A stretch of DNA of 32,000 bases. Origin: Bifidobacterium longum subsp. longum JCM 1217 (GTDB taxonomy: Bacteria; Actinomycetota; Actinomycetes; Actinomycetales; Bifidobacteriaceae). The stretch lies in assembly GCF_000196555.1 (NCBI RefSeq), contig NC_015067.1, positions 1,350,001 to 1,382,000 on the forward strand. The letters are read 5' to 3'. The position numbers and the translations under genes were made by a program. Position 1 is the stretch's first letter; the number at the start of each line of letters is the position of its first letter. The notes beneath the pieces are model-generated. The model saw only the letters and a list, made by a program, of their open reading frames with translations. It was not told the DNA's origin and made no database searches. Shown one piece after another: positions 15,750 to 26,031 of the stretch.

Positions 15750-16538
15750 ATGAGACTACTGGTTGCCGTATCCAATGAACCGTTGGCCCACGCCATTCAT
15801 GGTGCCCTGCTTGCCGGTCGTCATGAGGTGTCTTTGGCAAGCACCGGTAGTATCGCGCTCGCCGCTGTCGCCAAGGAGTCATTTGACGCAGTGATTCTCG
15901 ATGAATCCCTGCTCGGCATCTCCACCGAGCAGCTCATCGAATCCCTACGCAATGCCCGTGCCTCCGTCAAGATTCTGCTGCTGACTTCGACGCCACTCAG
16001 CAAAACCATTGGTGAAGGCAGCCGCTGGCGAGCGCTGCCTGACGAGTACGCCCCTATCGAAGAGACGCCCTACAGCTCCTTCAGCGCGAATTCACGCACA
16101 AACAACTCAGATGCCGAAGCCGAACAACGCTCGGACAATGCTGCCTCTAGCGCACAAGCTAACGTACGACGCCCAGATGCCGCGCTGAGCAAACCATTCT
16201 CCGATGGCGAACTGCTCTCATACGTCGGCTCGCTTGCCACCGACTCCCCCGCCATGATCATTCGTGGCAATCTCACGTTGGACACCACGAATCACAAGGC
16301 CTACTACGCATCCACTCACAGCGCAATCTCACTGTCCCGTCTGGAATACAGTTTGCTTGAAGCGCTGGTCAAGGCTGATGGCCAGTTCGTCAACACCAGC
16401 GAGTTGGTCAAACTTGTCGGCGGCCCATTCTTCGAGCAACAGGGCTTACTCAAGAACGCCCTCTACACACTGGATAAGAAGCTCACCCGCGCCGGCCTCA
16501 TCATGACCCAACGAGGCTCCAACTACCGCATTCGATAG
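15750..16538 (+). CDS. Atypical orphan OmpR-family response regulator (possibly GlnR-like)
   Basis: AAGGAGG at 15738-15744 precedes ATG at 15750. The receiver has a retained acceptor Asp (AVILDES), Thr (LLLTS) and KPF, but the N-terminal acidic pair is replaced (LVAVSNE). A long insert lies between the Thr and the Lys. The C-terminal winged helix reads LSRLEYSLLEALV...YTLDKKL...RGSNYRI. No histidine kinase is adjacent. Confidence 0.75.
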   Translation: MRLLVAVSNEPLAHAIHGALLAGRHEVSLASTGSIALAAVAKESFDAVILDESLLGISTEQLIESLRNARASVKILLLTSTPLSKTIGEGSRWRALPDEYAPIEETPYSSFSANSRTNNSDAEAEQRSDNAASSAQANVRRPDAALSKPFSDGELLSYVGSLATDSPAMIIRGNLTLDTTNHKAYYASTHSAISLSRLEYSLLEALVKADGQFVNTSELVKLVGGPFFEQQGLLKNALYTLDKKLTRAGLIMTQRGSNYRIR

Positions 16539-16548
16539 CTGGGCTCAA

Positions 16549-19500
16549 TCAGTACAGCCGCATGCCTTGGGGAACGGGGGTGAAGCCGGACTGGTGGAGG
16601 ATGCGGGCGAAGGGGTGACGGGCGTTGAGGGGTTCGCCATTGATGTCGCTGAATGTCACGGAGCCGGTGCCATTGCGTTTGAGGGCGTAGGCCAGTTCTG
16701 TGGCGGCCTTGCGCATTTGTTCGTCGGAATCATTGACAGCGGCTTCATGGCCGACCGATTGATCGAACGCTGTCAGGTGCTTGGCTTTGGCGGCCGCGTA
16801 TAGTAGCGCGCCTTGCGCATTGAGCACGACCGTGGCTCCGATACGGCGTGCCGGTTTACCCGCACCGGCAGGCGCGTCCGGCCACGCGATGGCGGAGCCA
16901 CTGAGATTTGCGGGGTCGAGCACACTCAATGCCACCACGGACTGGCCGCGATGCTCTGACGGATGACGCAACGCATCCACGGTGTCGCGCTCGGCAAATT
17001 GGGCCGCGCCGAAACCACGGACGAACATGCCTCGTACCAGTCGACCATGCTCCTCCATGCGATTCAATACCGGATACAACGCTGAGTAGCCACCCGGGAT
17101 ATTTTCCTTGTCAATCACCGGCTGCGCGATGACGCCATACCTGTCCAGCAACGTCTCGACCAGTGCGAGTGCCCGTTCGGTCTGGTCGGTGTCTTCGGCT
17201 TCAGCTTGCCCGATTACGGCGGACCACAAACCTCCTAACGTCATATCCGTAGTGGCTCGGCGAATCGGAGCGACACGCCCACGACGACGTGATGTAGTGG
17301 ATTTACGCGGGCTTGCTGCGCCTGCGGTTAATGCACGCACCGGCGCGAAGCTGGAATTGGTGACCTTACCTTGCCAGACCAAGCTCCACAAGGCATCCTT
17401 GAACTGCTGTTCGCTCCACTCTTGCGGAATGATTTCGCCGGTGTTTGGATTGATGTCCGGCTCCGCGGTCTCATTCCACGCACGTTTGGCGGCATCCATC
17501 AGTTGACGGGCATGGAACGCTCCCCCTGAGTCCAGTGCGGTCAGAATCGCTTCCGGCATGGTGGCGTCTGAGGCGTTCGATGTCGTACCATGTTCCACAC
17601 CGCTGAACAATATTGAATCCGCCGGATAGAAAGCAACCTCACCGGGGTCCATCGCACTGGTTCCCCCGGTTTTTGAGCCGACCCAGACCACATCGCCGCT
17701 GGTCAGCAACTCATCCAGCAATGCAGGTTGGTAGTCTCGTACTCGTGCGGGGAATACTGCCGACTCCCAGAGTGCAGTGGGCAGTGATATGCCCTCCAGC
17801 TGCTCGATAACGCGCATGAGCCCGTCAGCACCTTCATATCGTTCGCCGCCGACCGGCCCGATACCTTGTCGGTCGATAAGAAACATCTGGAACGCCTCTG
17901 ATTCTACTGGCTTGACTGCTTTACGCGCCTTGGCCAATGAGCGAGACCGAATACGGCGGAATACGTCCTTATGGAGCCACTGTTGGCCTTGCTCGTCATC
18001 ATCTACAAAGTGGCCTTGCAGCAACTCGCCTTTGGCAGCCAGCACATCCAGAGTGTGCACGGCATCCGTAGCATCGAGGTGTAGATCGGCTATGAGCTGA
18101 TCGGCGGTGAAAGGACCATGGGTTTTGGCGTAACGGGTCACGCGACCAGTCACATCATCGTCGGCAAGCTCATTCCAGAAAGTGTGCTCCCCCAGTTCCT
18201 GTTCGACTTCGCGAATCACGTCCGGGTTGAGCACTTGTGCCATATCGGTGGTGCCGAGCAAGCGTTCGAGCACGTGCGGATCGAGAGACAGCAGTTGCGC
18301 GCTACGCTCGGCCTGAGGTTGGTCATACTGGTACATCACCACGCCGACGAAGCCAAAGAGAATGTTCTCGGCGAAAGGCGATGGCGACTCGGTTTCCACG
18401 TCCTTCACGGTAATGGTGCCGGCTTGCAATCCGGTCATCACCTCGTTCAGGGCGGGCATGTCGTATACGTCTTGCAAACATTCGCGCGCGGTTTCCAGCA
18501 GCAGCGGAAAGTTCTTGGCCATACGTGCGGATTGCAGGAGCTGTGCGGCGCGCAGTCGCTGCTGCCATAGGGGCACGCGACGGCCCGGGTCGGATCGCGG
18601 CATGAACAGTGATCGGGCGGCGCATTCGCGGAATCGTGCGGCAAATAGCACGGACTCGCCCACTTGACGCTCTACATCTGCTTTGAGGTCTTCTGGGTCG
18701 AAAAGGAACAGGTCTTGAGCAGGAATATGTCCGTCACCGTCCGGTAGCTGAATGACGATACCGTCATCGGCGGCATATACCTGCCCGTCGAAACCGTAGC
18801 GTTGGCGCAGTCTGCGGCTGATGGCCATGGACCACGGTTCGTGAACGCGGCGGCCGAAGGGGCTTAACAGCACGATGCGCCATCCGCCGTCTTCATCGCG
18901 TGTGCGCTCCACGATAAGGGTTTGGTCGCTGGGAACTGCACCAGTGGCGGCTTGTTGCTCGGAGAGTAGGCGGGCCAAGTTGGTGATGGCGTTGGCATCT
19001 AGGCCATCGTGGTGGAGACGGGTGAGGATTGTTGGGATGAAGGTTGGGACAGCTGGACCTTCTGCGGCAGAACTCCCCCCAGTCCGCTTCACGTCTAATC
19101 CGGCGGCGATTTCTCGGGTGAAGCGGGCTATGGTACGGCTGAAACCGTAGTCACGGCCAGCGCCTTCACCGTGCCAGAACGGCAGACGGGCGGTGCGGCC
19201 CGGAGCCGGCGTCACCACCACACGGTCGCGGGTGATTTCCTGAATCTGCCATGTGGAGGTACCCAGTGTAATGACATCGCCCACACGCGATTCGTAGACC
19301 ATCTCCTCATCCAACTCGCCGACGCGACGCTGGCCTTTGCCGGCGTCCGCCTCAGGCAGGACCACGGTGTACAGCCCTCGATCGGGAATCGTACCGCCAG
19401 AGGTAACGGCCACTTTCTGCGAACCGGGACGGGCGGAAATCAGGCCATTATCCCGATTCCATACCAGTCGCGGCCGGAAGGCCGAGAATTCCTCTCTGTT

Positions 19501-21282
19501 GTATTCGCCGGACATCATGCCGATTACCGCATCGAACATGTCACGTGGCAGTTCGGCAAACGGCGCAGCACGACGCACCGTGGCATACCAGTCATCAGCG
19601 TTCAAATCGTGCATCGCGGCAGCGGCCACGGTCTGCTGGGCAAGAATATCGAGCGGATTGCGCGGCACGGCCAATGGTTCTATATCGCCGGCAATCATGG
19701 CTTCCAGACTTGCGGCCCCAGTGACAATCTGCTGACGGGTGAGCGGATAGAACAATGCGTGAGAGACGCCACCGACCTGATGATCGGCACGGCCTACACG
19801 CTGCAATCCGGAGGAGACCGACAACGGCGTATCGACTTGAATCACCAAGTCGACCGAGCCCATATCAATGCCGAGCTCCAAACTGGAGGTGGCCACCACG
19901 CAACGCAATTCACCACGTTTAAGCCGTTCCTCAATCATTTTGCGACGGTCTTTGGAAACCGACCCATGATGAGCCATGGCGATGACATCATCGCCCTCAT
20001 GTGAGCCGACAAGCATGGTGGTGGAGCCGACCACAGCATCGTAATGCGTGGAGAACCCTTCGCGGCCTTCCGGAGAGCCCAGATCCCGCACAGTGTCGGG
20101 ATTGGTGCCATGCCGGGTCTGCGCATACAAATCGTTCAAGCGCGCAGTGAGTTTCTCAGCCACACCACGCGAATTAACGAACACCAATGTAGTGCGGTGC
20201 GCGAGAATCTCATCCAAAATACTGCGTTCCACCACAGGCCAAATGGAACCGGAGGTACGGTCGCCCGCCGCTCCAACCAACGCGGAGGAATCAAACTCAT
20301 CACTCGCATCAGAATCGTCCCCAGAAGTGGAAGAAACATCTCTATCATCCACCGGCACAATGCCCCTGCGTTCAGCAAGTCGCTGCATGGCCGGCGTGAC
20401 ACCACTGATATGCGGAGCGGACCGTTCAGCATCCACGCCACCGACACGCTGCTTGGCATTCACGGACTGCAAATCACGCATGTTTTCCAACGGCTCAATC
20501 ATGCGCAAATCCATTGCAGGCCGCCCACCGGGATTCACGATGGTAACCGGTTGCCCGCCGCCCAGGAATCGCGCCGCCTTTTCAGGCGGATTCACCGTAG
20601 CGGATAGACCGATGCGCTGCATATGACGATCGCCACGGCCAGCATCAACGGCGGCATCACCGCCCTCATCAGCATCTGCATCGATTGCATCTCGCTTGCG
20701 CGATTCTGCGACAAGGTTCTCCAGCCGTTCCAGACTTACCGCCAAATGTGCGCCGCGCTTGGTGCCCGCCACTGCATGAATCTCATCGACGATCACCGTA
20801 TCGACAGTGCCGAGAATCCGCCCTGCCTTCGAAGTGAGCAACAAATACAACGATTCTGGCGTGGTAACGAGGATATCCGGTGGATGGGAGGCTATGCGCC
20901 GCCGCTCCTGTGCGGTGGTGTCGCCTGAACGAGTGGCGACCGCGATCTTCGGTACGGGCAGCCCTTGCGCCTCGCATTGTGCAGCAATGCCCTCCAAAGG
21001 CTGTTCTAGGTTCTTGGCCACATCGGCCGCGAGCGCCTTTAACGGCGAGATATACAGCACACGCACACCGGCACGCCGCGTGCGTGGCACGGTCATCAAT
21101 CGGTCGATGGCTGAGAGAAACGCGGCCAATGTTTTACCGGAACCGGTAGGGGCGATGACCAAGACATTGCGACCGGAATGGACTGCCGGCCATGCCTGAG
21201 CCTGTGCCTCGGTCGGCTGACCGAAGGCATGCTCGAACCACATCTTGGTGGGTTCGGAAAACAGGCTCAGGCTTTCGTACAT
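16549..21282 (-). CDS. lhr: Lhr-family large ATP-dependent DNA helicase
   Basis: 1577 aa. Motifs: Walker A VIAPTGSGKT, DEAH-type box VIVDEIHAV, motif VI region LQRVGRADH. The long C-terminal extension is typical of actinobacterial Lhr. Confidence 0.9.
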   Translation of the reverse strand: MYESLSLFSEPTKMWFEHAFGQPTEAQAQAWPAVHSGRNVLVIAPTGSGKTLAAFLSAIDRLMTVPRTRRAGVRVLYISPLKALAADVAKNLEQPLEGIAAQCEAQGLPVPKIAVATRSGDTTAQERRRIASHPPDILVTTPESLYLLLTSKAGRILGTVDTVIVDEIHAVAGTKRGAHLAVSLERLENLVAESRKRDAIDADADEGGDAAVDAGRGDRHMQRIGLSATVNPPEKAARFLGGGQPVTIVNPGGRPAMDLRMIEPLENMRDLQSVNAKQRVGGVDAERSAPHISGVTPAMQRLAERRGIVPVDDRDVSSTSGDDSDASDEFDSSALVGAAGDRTSGSIWPVVERSILDEILAHRTTLVFVNSRGVAEKLTARLNDLYAQTRHGTNPDTVRDLGSPEGREGFSTHYDAVVGSTTMLVGSHEGDDVIAMAHHGSVSKDRRKMIEERLKRGELRCVVATSSLELGIDMGSVDLVIQVDTPLSVSSGLQRVGRADHQVGGVSHALFYPLTRQQIVTGAASLEAMIAGDIEPLAVPRNPLDILAQQTVAAAAMHDLNADDWYATVRRAAPFAELPRDMFDAVIGMMSGEYNREEFSAFRPRLVWNRDNGLISARPGSQKVAVTSGGTIPDRGLYTVVLPEADAGKGQRRVGELDEEMVYESRVGDVITLGTSTWQIQEITRDRVVVTPAPGRTARLPFWHGEGAGRDYGFSRTIARFTREIAAGLDVKRTGGSSAAEGPAVPTFIPTILTRLHHDGLDANAITNLARLLSEQQAATGAVPSDQTLIVERTRDEDGGWRIVLLSPFGRRVHEPWSMAISRRLRQRYGFDGQVYAADDGIVIQLPDGDGHIPAQDLFLFDPEDLKADVERQVGESVLFAARFRECAARSLFMPRSDPGRRVPLWQQRLRAAQLLQSARMAKNFPLLLETARECLQDVYDMPALNEVMTGLQAGTITVKDVETESPSPFAENILFGFVGVVMYQYDQPQAERSAQLLSLDPHVLERLLGTTDMAQVLNPDVIREVEQELGEHTFWNELADDDVTGRVTRYAKTHGPFTADQLIADLHLDATDAVHTLDVLAAKGELLQGHFVDDDEQGQQWLHKDVFRRIRSRSLAKARKAVKPVESEAFQMFLIDRQGIGPVGGERYEGADGLMRVIEQLEGISLPTALWESAVFPARVRDYQPALLDELLTSGDVVWVGSKTGGTSAMDPGEVAFYPADSILFSGVEHGTTSNASDATMPEAILTALDSGGAFHARQLMDAAKRAWNETAEPDINPNTGEIIPQEWSEQQFKDALWSLVWQGKVTNSSFAPVRALTAGAASPRKSTTSRRRGRVAPIRRATTDMTLGGLWSAVIGQAEAEDTDQTERALALVETLLDRYGVIAQPVIDKENIPGGYSALYPVLNRMEEHGRLVRGMFVRGFGAAQFAERDTVDALRHPSEHRGQSVVALSVLDPANLSGSAIAWPDAPAGAGKPARRIGATVVLNAQGALLYAAAKAKHLTAFDQSVGHEAAVNDSDEQMRKAATELAYALKRNGTGSVTFSDINGEPLNARHPFARILHQSGFTPVPQGMRLY

Positions 21283-21297
21283 ATGTACGATTATAGG

Positions 21298-22290
21298 TCA
21301 GCTGAAGTAGGCGATGACTTCTTCGGCGGTACCGTAGGCACTTTGGGCACCAAGCTTGGTGGCCGCATAGGCGGAGACGTAGGAGCCGATTTGCGCGGAT
21401 TGCAGCAGCGTATGACCGGCGGCCAAGCCAGCCAGCACGGTCCCCATGAACGAGTCGCCGCAACCGGTGGTGTCCACTGCATTGACTTGCGCGGCGGATA
21501 CGCGATGCCAACGTCCGTTCTCGATCACCACCGATCCCGACGCACCAAGCGTCACTATCGCCCGGTCGAATCCGTAATCGGTGAATCGTTCGGCGACCTC
21601 ATACCAGTCGAGTGATTCCACGTCATCATCCGGCAGGCCCAGCAGTTGAGCCACTTCATGCTGGTTGACCAGCAGAATATCCGTGGCTTCCACCAGTTCG
21701 TGAGGCAGCTCGTCCATAAATGGCGAGTCGTTGAGCAGCACGGTCACGCCAGCGTCATGCGCGGTCTGCGCGGCGGCGATAACGGTGGCAATCGGGCTCT
21801 CCAGACACAGTCCCAATACCGCGCATTCGGCGATGGTCGTGCGATGTGATTGCACATAGCCGGCACTTGCCTTGGCATTGGAACCCGGCGAATAGACGAT
21901 GGTGTTCTCGCCCTCAGCGCTCACGGTGATTACCGTGGTGCCGCTGGGGCCTTCGACATGCAGGATATCGGCGGTGTCGACGCCGGCCTCATCCAGCTTG
22001 CTTAATAGGAAGTCCGCGTTGGAGTCCTCGCCCACCGCGCCCAGCAACTGGACATTGACACCGAGACGAGCGGCGGCAGATGCCTGATTCGCGCCCTTGC
22101 CGCCCGGCAGCACTTTCATGGCACCACCATTGACGGTTTCACCTGGCTTGGGTAGTCGTTTAGTGGTTACGGTGTAATCGGCGTTCATCGAGCCGACCAC
22201 GATTACCGAGCCCGGCGCATCCTTCAGCGCTCTCAATCGTTCCCGTACGGGCTCGGGCATCTGTTCATGTTCTTCTTCACTTATCACCAT
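21298..22290 (-). CDS. rbsK: Ribokinase / PfkB-family sugar kinase
   Basis: PfkB signatures GGKGANQASAAARLG and DTTGCGDSFMG, with N-terminal VVGSMNADY. The start is taken at MVISEEEHE (22290); 22329 is an in-frame alternative. Confidence 0.8.
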   Translation of the reverse strand: MVISEEEHEQMPEPVRERLRALKDAPGSVIVVGSMNADYTVTTKRLPKPGETVNGGAMKVLPGGKGANQASAAARLGVNVQLLGAVGEDSNADFLLSKLDEAGVDTADILHVEGPSGTTVITVSAEGENTIVYSPGSNAKASAGYVQSHRTTIAECAVLGLCLESPIATVIAAAQTAHDAGVTVLLNDSPFMDELPHELVEATDILLVNQHEVAQLLGLPDDDVESLDWYEVAERFTDYGFDRAIVTLGASGSVVIENGRWHRVSAAQVNAVDTTGCGDSFMGTVLAGLAAGHTLLQSAQIGSYVSAYAATKLGAQSAYGTAEEVIAYFS

Positions 22291-22333
22291 GGGCTCCAAG
22301 CATAGTAGGCGTCGGGCCCAAATGCGCATATGA

Positions 22334-23560
22334 TCAGCCGCGCAACTTGCGAAGACGCTCGTGCATGGCCACCATCAGCACCAAGAGCACCAGCAAATAC
22401 CACGGGTAGAGACTGATTGTCGCATATTGCGCGATGATGCCGAACAGTGGCGGCATGAGCAGTGAGCCCACATAGGCGCAGGCCATCTGCACGCCGACGA
22501 TGGCCTGCGATTTGTCTTCGCCGAAGTAGGCCGGCGTCGAGTGGATGACGCACGGATAAATCGGCGCGCACCCGAAGCCGATGACCACCAGCCCAACGAC
22601 CACGCCAAGGTGGTGAGGCAATGGCACGAACATGGTGAGGATGCCGGCGAACACCAGCACTTGGCCGAGGCGAATCATGACCGGGTCCTTGAATCGCATG
22701 GTCAGGAAGCCGGAAAGCGCACGGCCCACGGTGATGCCTACGTAGAATAGGCTGGCCCAGCTGGCGGCGGTGATCTTGTCGATGCCGCTGTGCATCACCA
22801 TATAGCTGGAGGCCCACAGGCCCGCCGTAGATTCGACGGCGCAGTAGCAGAAGAACATCACGAGGATTTCCTTGGCACCGCGAATGGCGAGCACGCCGGC
22901 CACGCCGAGCGGTTTGCGTTCGGCAACAGACACCCCTTCAGCAGTGCCAAATCTCTCGGCATTGCCGTCAGATGATGCGGTGTCATCGGTCGATTCGCCG
23001 ACCGCAATTGCGCCACGTTTCTTCCACAGCGGCAGGCTCAGCACCAGGATGACGGTCAGCATCACCTGCAGGATCGCGATGTACCGATAGCCCCACGGCC
23101 AGCCTTGGCCTTGAGAGAGCGCATAGCCCATGATGTAGGGGCCGACCGATGCGCCGACGCCCCACATGCAGTGCAGCCAGCTCATATGCCGGCTTTCGTA
23201 GTGAATGGCTACGTAGTTATTGAGCGCCGCATCCACTCCGCCCGCGCCAAGGCCGTATGGTATGGCGATGGCCAACAGCACCCAGTAATTCGAGGTAACG
23301 GAGAAACCGGCCAAGGCCGCCGCAGTCAACGCCACCGAAACGGCGGTGACCTTGCCTGCCCCGAATTTCAATGTCATTCGGACCGAAAGCAGTGCCGAGA
23401 CGATCGTGAACATGGAAATCACCGCGGAGATGCCGCCGGCCCACGCCACCGGCACGTTCAGATCCTGGCTCATGGTGGGCCATGCGGATCCGAGTAGCGA
23501 ATCCGGCAATCCCAGACTGATAAACGCCACATAGATGACGGCAAGCAACAGACTGGCCAT
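22334..23560 (-). CDS. MFS transporter (substrate unknown, probably a sugar given the linked kinase)
   Basis: About 12 hydrophobic segments with a central hydrophilic loop (KKRGAIAVGESTDDTASSDGNAERF). GGGAGA lies 6 nt upstream of ATG at 23560; GTG at 23578 is an alternative. Confidence 0.8.
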   Translation of the reverse strand: MASLLLAVIYVAFISLGLPDSLLGSAWPTMSQDLNVPVAWAGGISAVISMFTIVSALLSVRMTLKFGAGKVTAVSVALTAAALAGFSVTSNYWVLLAIAIPYGLGAGGVDAALNNYVAIHYESRHMSWLHCMWGVGASVGPYIMGYALSQGQGWPWGYRYIAILQVMLTVILVLSLPLWKKRGAIAVGESTDDTASSDGNAERFGTAEGVSVAERKPLGVAGVLAIRGAKEILVMFFCYCAVESTAGLWASSYMVMHSGIDKITAASWASLFYVGITVGRALSGFLTMRFKDPVMIRLGQVLVFAGILTMFVPLPHHLGVVVGLVVIGFGCAPIYPCVIHSTPAYFGEDKSQAIVGVQMACAYVGSLLMPPLFGIIAQYATISLYPWYLLVLLVLMVAMHERLRKLRG

Positions 23561-23726
23561 GTCCCATCTCCCATTCACAGTACGGCACCGGTTGTGATAA
23601 CGATGTCATCAGTCTATCGAATGACTCATGGGCAACACGCATAAAACATATGACAACGTGCTCACCTCAAACGCCAATTACGGAAATTCTCGGTAAGCAC
23701 GATGTCATTATCAGCGACGTCTTCGA

Positions 23727-26003
23727 TCAGGTATCGATCTTGGAGCGGTCGAAATCGTCGGCGTTGTCGACGATGAACTGCTTGCGCGGCGGCACGTCGT
23801 CGCCCATCAGCAGGCTGAAGATCTCGGATGCCTGGGCGGCGTCCTCCATGCGGATGCGGCGCAGCATACGCGTGCGCGGGTCCATGGTGGTGTCCGCCAG
23901 CTGGTCGGCATCCATCTCGCCCAGACCCTTGTATCGCTGGATGTCGTCGTTGTAACCGATGTGCTTCTTGTCGAGGTCGGCCAGTTTGCCGGCCAGCTCG
24001 TCATCGGAATACGTGTAGATGTATTCGCCCTTGTGCGAGCCGGTCAACGCGATGCGGTGCAGCGGCGGTACTGCGGCATACACGTAGCCGTGTTCGATAA
24101 GCGGCCGCATGTACCGGTAGAACAGCGTCAGCAACAGGATACGGATGTGCGCGCCGTCCACATCGGCATCGGTCATCATGATGATCTTGTGGTAGCGCGA
24201 CTGTTCGATGTCAAAGCTCTGGCCGGAGCCGGCGCCCACCACCTGGATGATGGCCGCGCATTCCTTGTTGGAGAGCATCTGCGTAATCGACGCCTTCTGC
24301 ACGTTCAGAATCTTGCCTCGAATCGGCAGCAGCGCTTGGAAACCGGCGTTGCGGGCGGCCTTGGCGGTACCGAGTGCGGAATCACCCTCGACGATGAACA
24401 GTTCGGCCACGTCGTCATTGCCCGGCTGGCAGTCGGAGAGTTTGGCCGGCATCGAGGCGGATTCGAGCGCGTTCTTGCGGCGCGTGACCTCCTTGGCCTT
24501 GCGCGACTGGATGCGTGCGTGCATTTCGCCGACGATCTTCTCCAGCACGCGGCCGGATTGTTCCTTGTACCCGCGCTTGGAGCCGGTGATCATCTCGCCG
24601 AATTGCTTGTCGGTGAGCCGGGTGACGATCGGCTTGACCTGCGCGGTGCCGAGCACATCCTTGGTCTGGCCTTGGAACTGAGGTTCGGCCACGCGTGCGG
24701 TGACCACGGCCACGAGTCCGGCTTGGATATCGTCGCGCTCCACCTTCATGGCGGAGTCCTTCATGTTCACCTTGAGCTTGCGGGCGTTGTCTTCCACCGC
24801 CTTGCGAATCTGCTTGGTGATGGCGTTCATGAAACCGTCCACGTGAGTACCGCCGCCGGGCGTCTCCACGATGTTCACGAAGCTCATGATTGTGGTGTCA
24901 TAGCCGTTGACCCATCGCAGGGCGATATCCACGCCGCAGGTGCGTTCGATTTCCTGGGCGTGCAGTTCACCGCCCTTGCCCACGGCCTGGGTCTCCTCCT
25001 TATAGGTGCCCTCGCCTTGGATGCGCCAGATGTCGGAGATCGGCTCGCCTTTGGACAGGAAGTCGACGAAGTCCTTGACGCCGCCTGTGTGCAGGAATTC
25101 CACGACGCGCGGGTGCGCGGGCTGTTCGCCGAACGCGCCATCAACGACCTGGTCGCCGGCCGTCAGTGAGAAGTCCTCCTCGGCCGGGCTCTCGGCATCG
25201 TCGGACGAGACATCCAAGGCCGGTGCCTGGTCTTGCGCAGGTTCGACTGTTGTGTCATCAGTGGCCTCGACGGTGTCAGTCGCCGCCGTTTCCGGTACGT
25301 TTTCGTCGATGATGGTGATTTTGAGGCCGGGCACCAGGAAGCTGGTCTGACGCACGCGGTCGATGAGCTGTTCGTATGAGAACTCGGCGGTTTTGTTGAA
25401 GATCTCCGGATCATACCAGTAACGAATACGGGTACCAGTGGTTTTGGGAGATACCTTGCCGATGATTTCCAGCTCGGTGGGTCGGTTCTTGCGAGTGCGC
25501 TTGAACGGGGAATCGGGAGACGGATTGGCCGGGTCGGCATCCGTGTATACGCCAGGGTGACCTTGGTGGAAGGTCATGTGGTGCGTCTTGCCGTCACGAT
25601 CCACTTCGACGTCCAGTCGGGAGCTCAGGGCATTGACCACGGAGGAGCCCACGCCGTGCAGGCCACCGACGGCGTTATAAGACGAGTTGCCGAACTTGGC
25701 ACCGGCGTGCAGTTTGGTCAGTACGACCTCCACGCCGGACAGGCCGGTTTTCGGTTCCTTGTCCACCGGGATGCCTCGGCCATTGTCCGCGACTTCCACG
25801 GAACCGTCGGTGTGCAGGGTGACCACAATGTCGTTGCAGAAGCCGGCCAAGGCCTCGTCCACGGAGTTGTCGATGATCTCCCACAGGCAGTGCATAAGCC
25901 CCTGCGAGTCGGTGGTGCCGATGTACATGCCCGGACGCTTGCGTACCGCATCCAAGCCCTCAAGAACAGCTAGGTCCTTGGCACCGTATTCTTCTTTGGG
26001 CAT
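23727..26003 (-). CDS. parE: Type IIA topoisomerase subunit B, ParE-like (topoisomerase IV subunit B)
   Basis: GHKL ATPase motifs LEGLDAVRKRPGMYIG, LWEIIDNSVDEA, DNGRGIPV, GGLHGVGSSVVNALS. Toprim motifs ELFIVEGDSALGTAK, PIRGKILNV, IMTDADVDGAHI. It is 758 aa because of an acidic insertion. Confidence 0.85.
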   Translation of the reverse strand: MPKEEYGAKDLAVLEGLDAVRKRPGMYIGTTDSQGLMHCLWEIIDNSVDEALAGFCNDIVVTLHTDGSVEVADNGRGIPVDKEPKTGLSGVEVVLTKLHAGAKFGNSSYNAVGGLHGVGSSVVNALSSRLDVEVDRDGKTHHMTFHQGHPGVYTDADPANPSPDSPFKRTRKNRPTELEIIGKVSPKTTGTRIRYWYDPEIFNKTAEFSYEQLIDRVRQTSFLVPGLKITIIDENVPETAATDTVEATDDTTVEPAQDQAPALDVSSDDAESPAEEDFSLTAGDQVVDGAFGEQPAHPRVVEFLHTGGVKDFVDFLSKGEPISDIWRIQGEGTYKEETQAVGKGGELHAQEIERTCGVDIALRWVNGYDTTIMSFVNIVETPGGGTHVDGFMNAITKQIRKAVEDNARKLKVNMKDSAMKVERDDIQAGLVAVVTARVAEPQFQGQTKDVLGTAQVKPIVTRLTDKQFGEMITGSKRGYKEQSGRVLEKIVGEMHARIQSRKAKEVTRRKNALESASMPAKLSDCQPGNDDVAELFIVEGDSALGTAKAARNAGFQALLPIRGKILNVQKASITQMLSNKECAAIIQVVGAGSGQSFDIEQSRYHKIIMMTDADVDGAHIRILLLTLFYRYMRPLIEHGYVYAAVPPLHRIALTGSHKGEYIYTYSDDELAGKLADLDKKHIGYNDDIQRYKGLGEMDADQLADTTMDPRTRMLRRIRMEDAAQASEIFSLLMGDDVPPRKQFIVDNADDFDRSKIDT

Positions 26004-26031
26004 ACAGTCCTATTTTTCTCTTCAAATGCTT

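Noticed and set aside
17108-20626. Several plus-strand ORFs of 130-280 aa inside lhr (e.g. 19171..20004, 20044..20607)
   Set aside because: They are antisense to the helicase gene, which carries clear Walker A/DEAH motifs. They have no motifs of their own.
23961-25169. 402-aa plus-strand ORF
   Set aside because: It is antisense to parE, which has clear GHKL/Toprim motifs on the minus strand.
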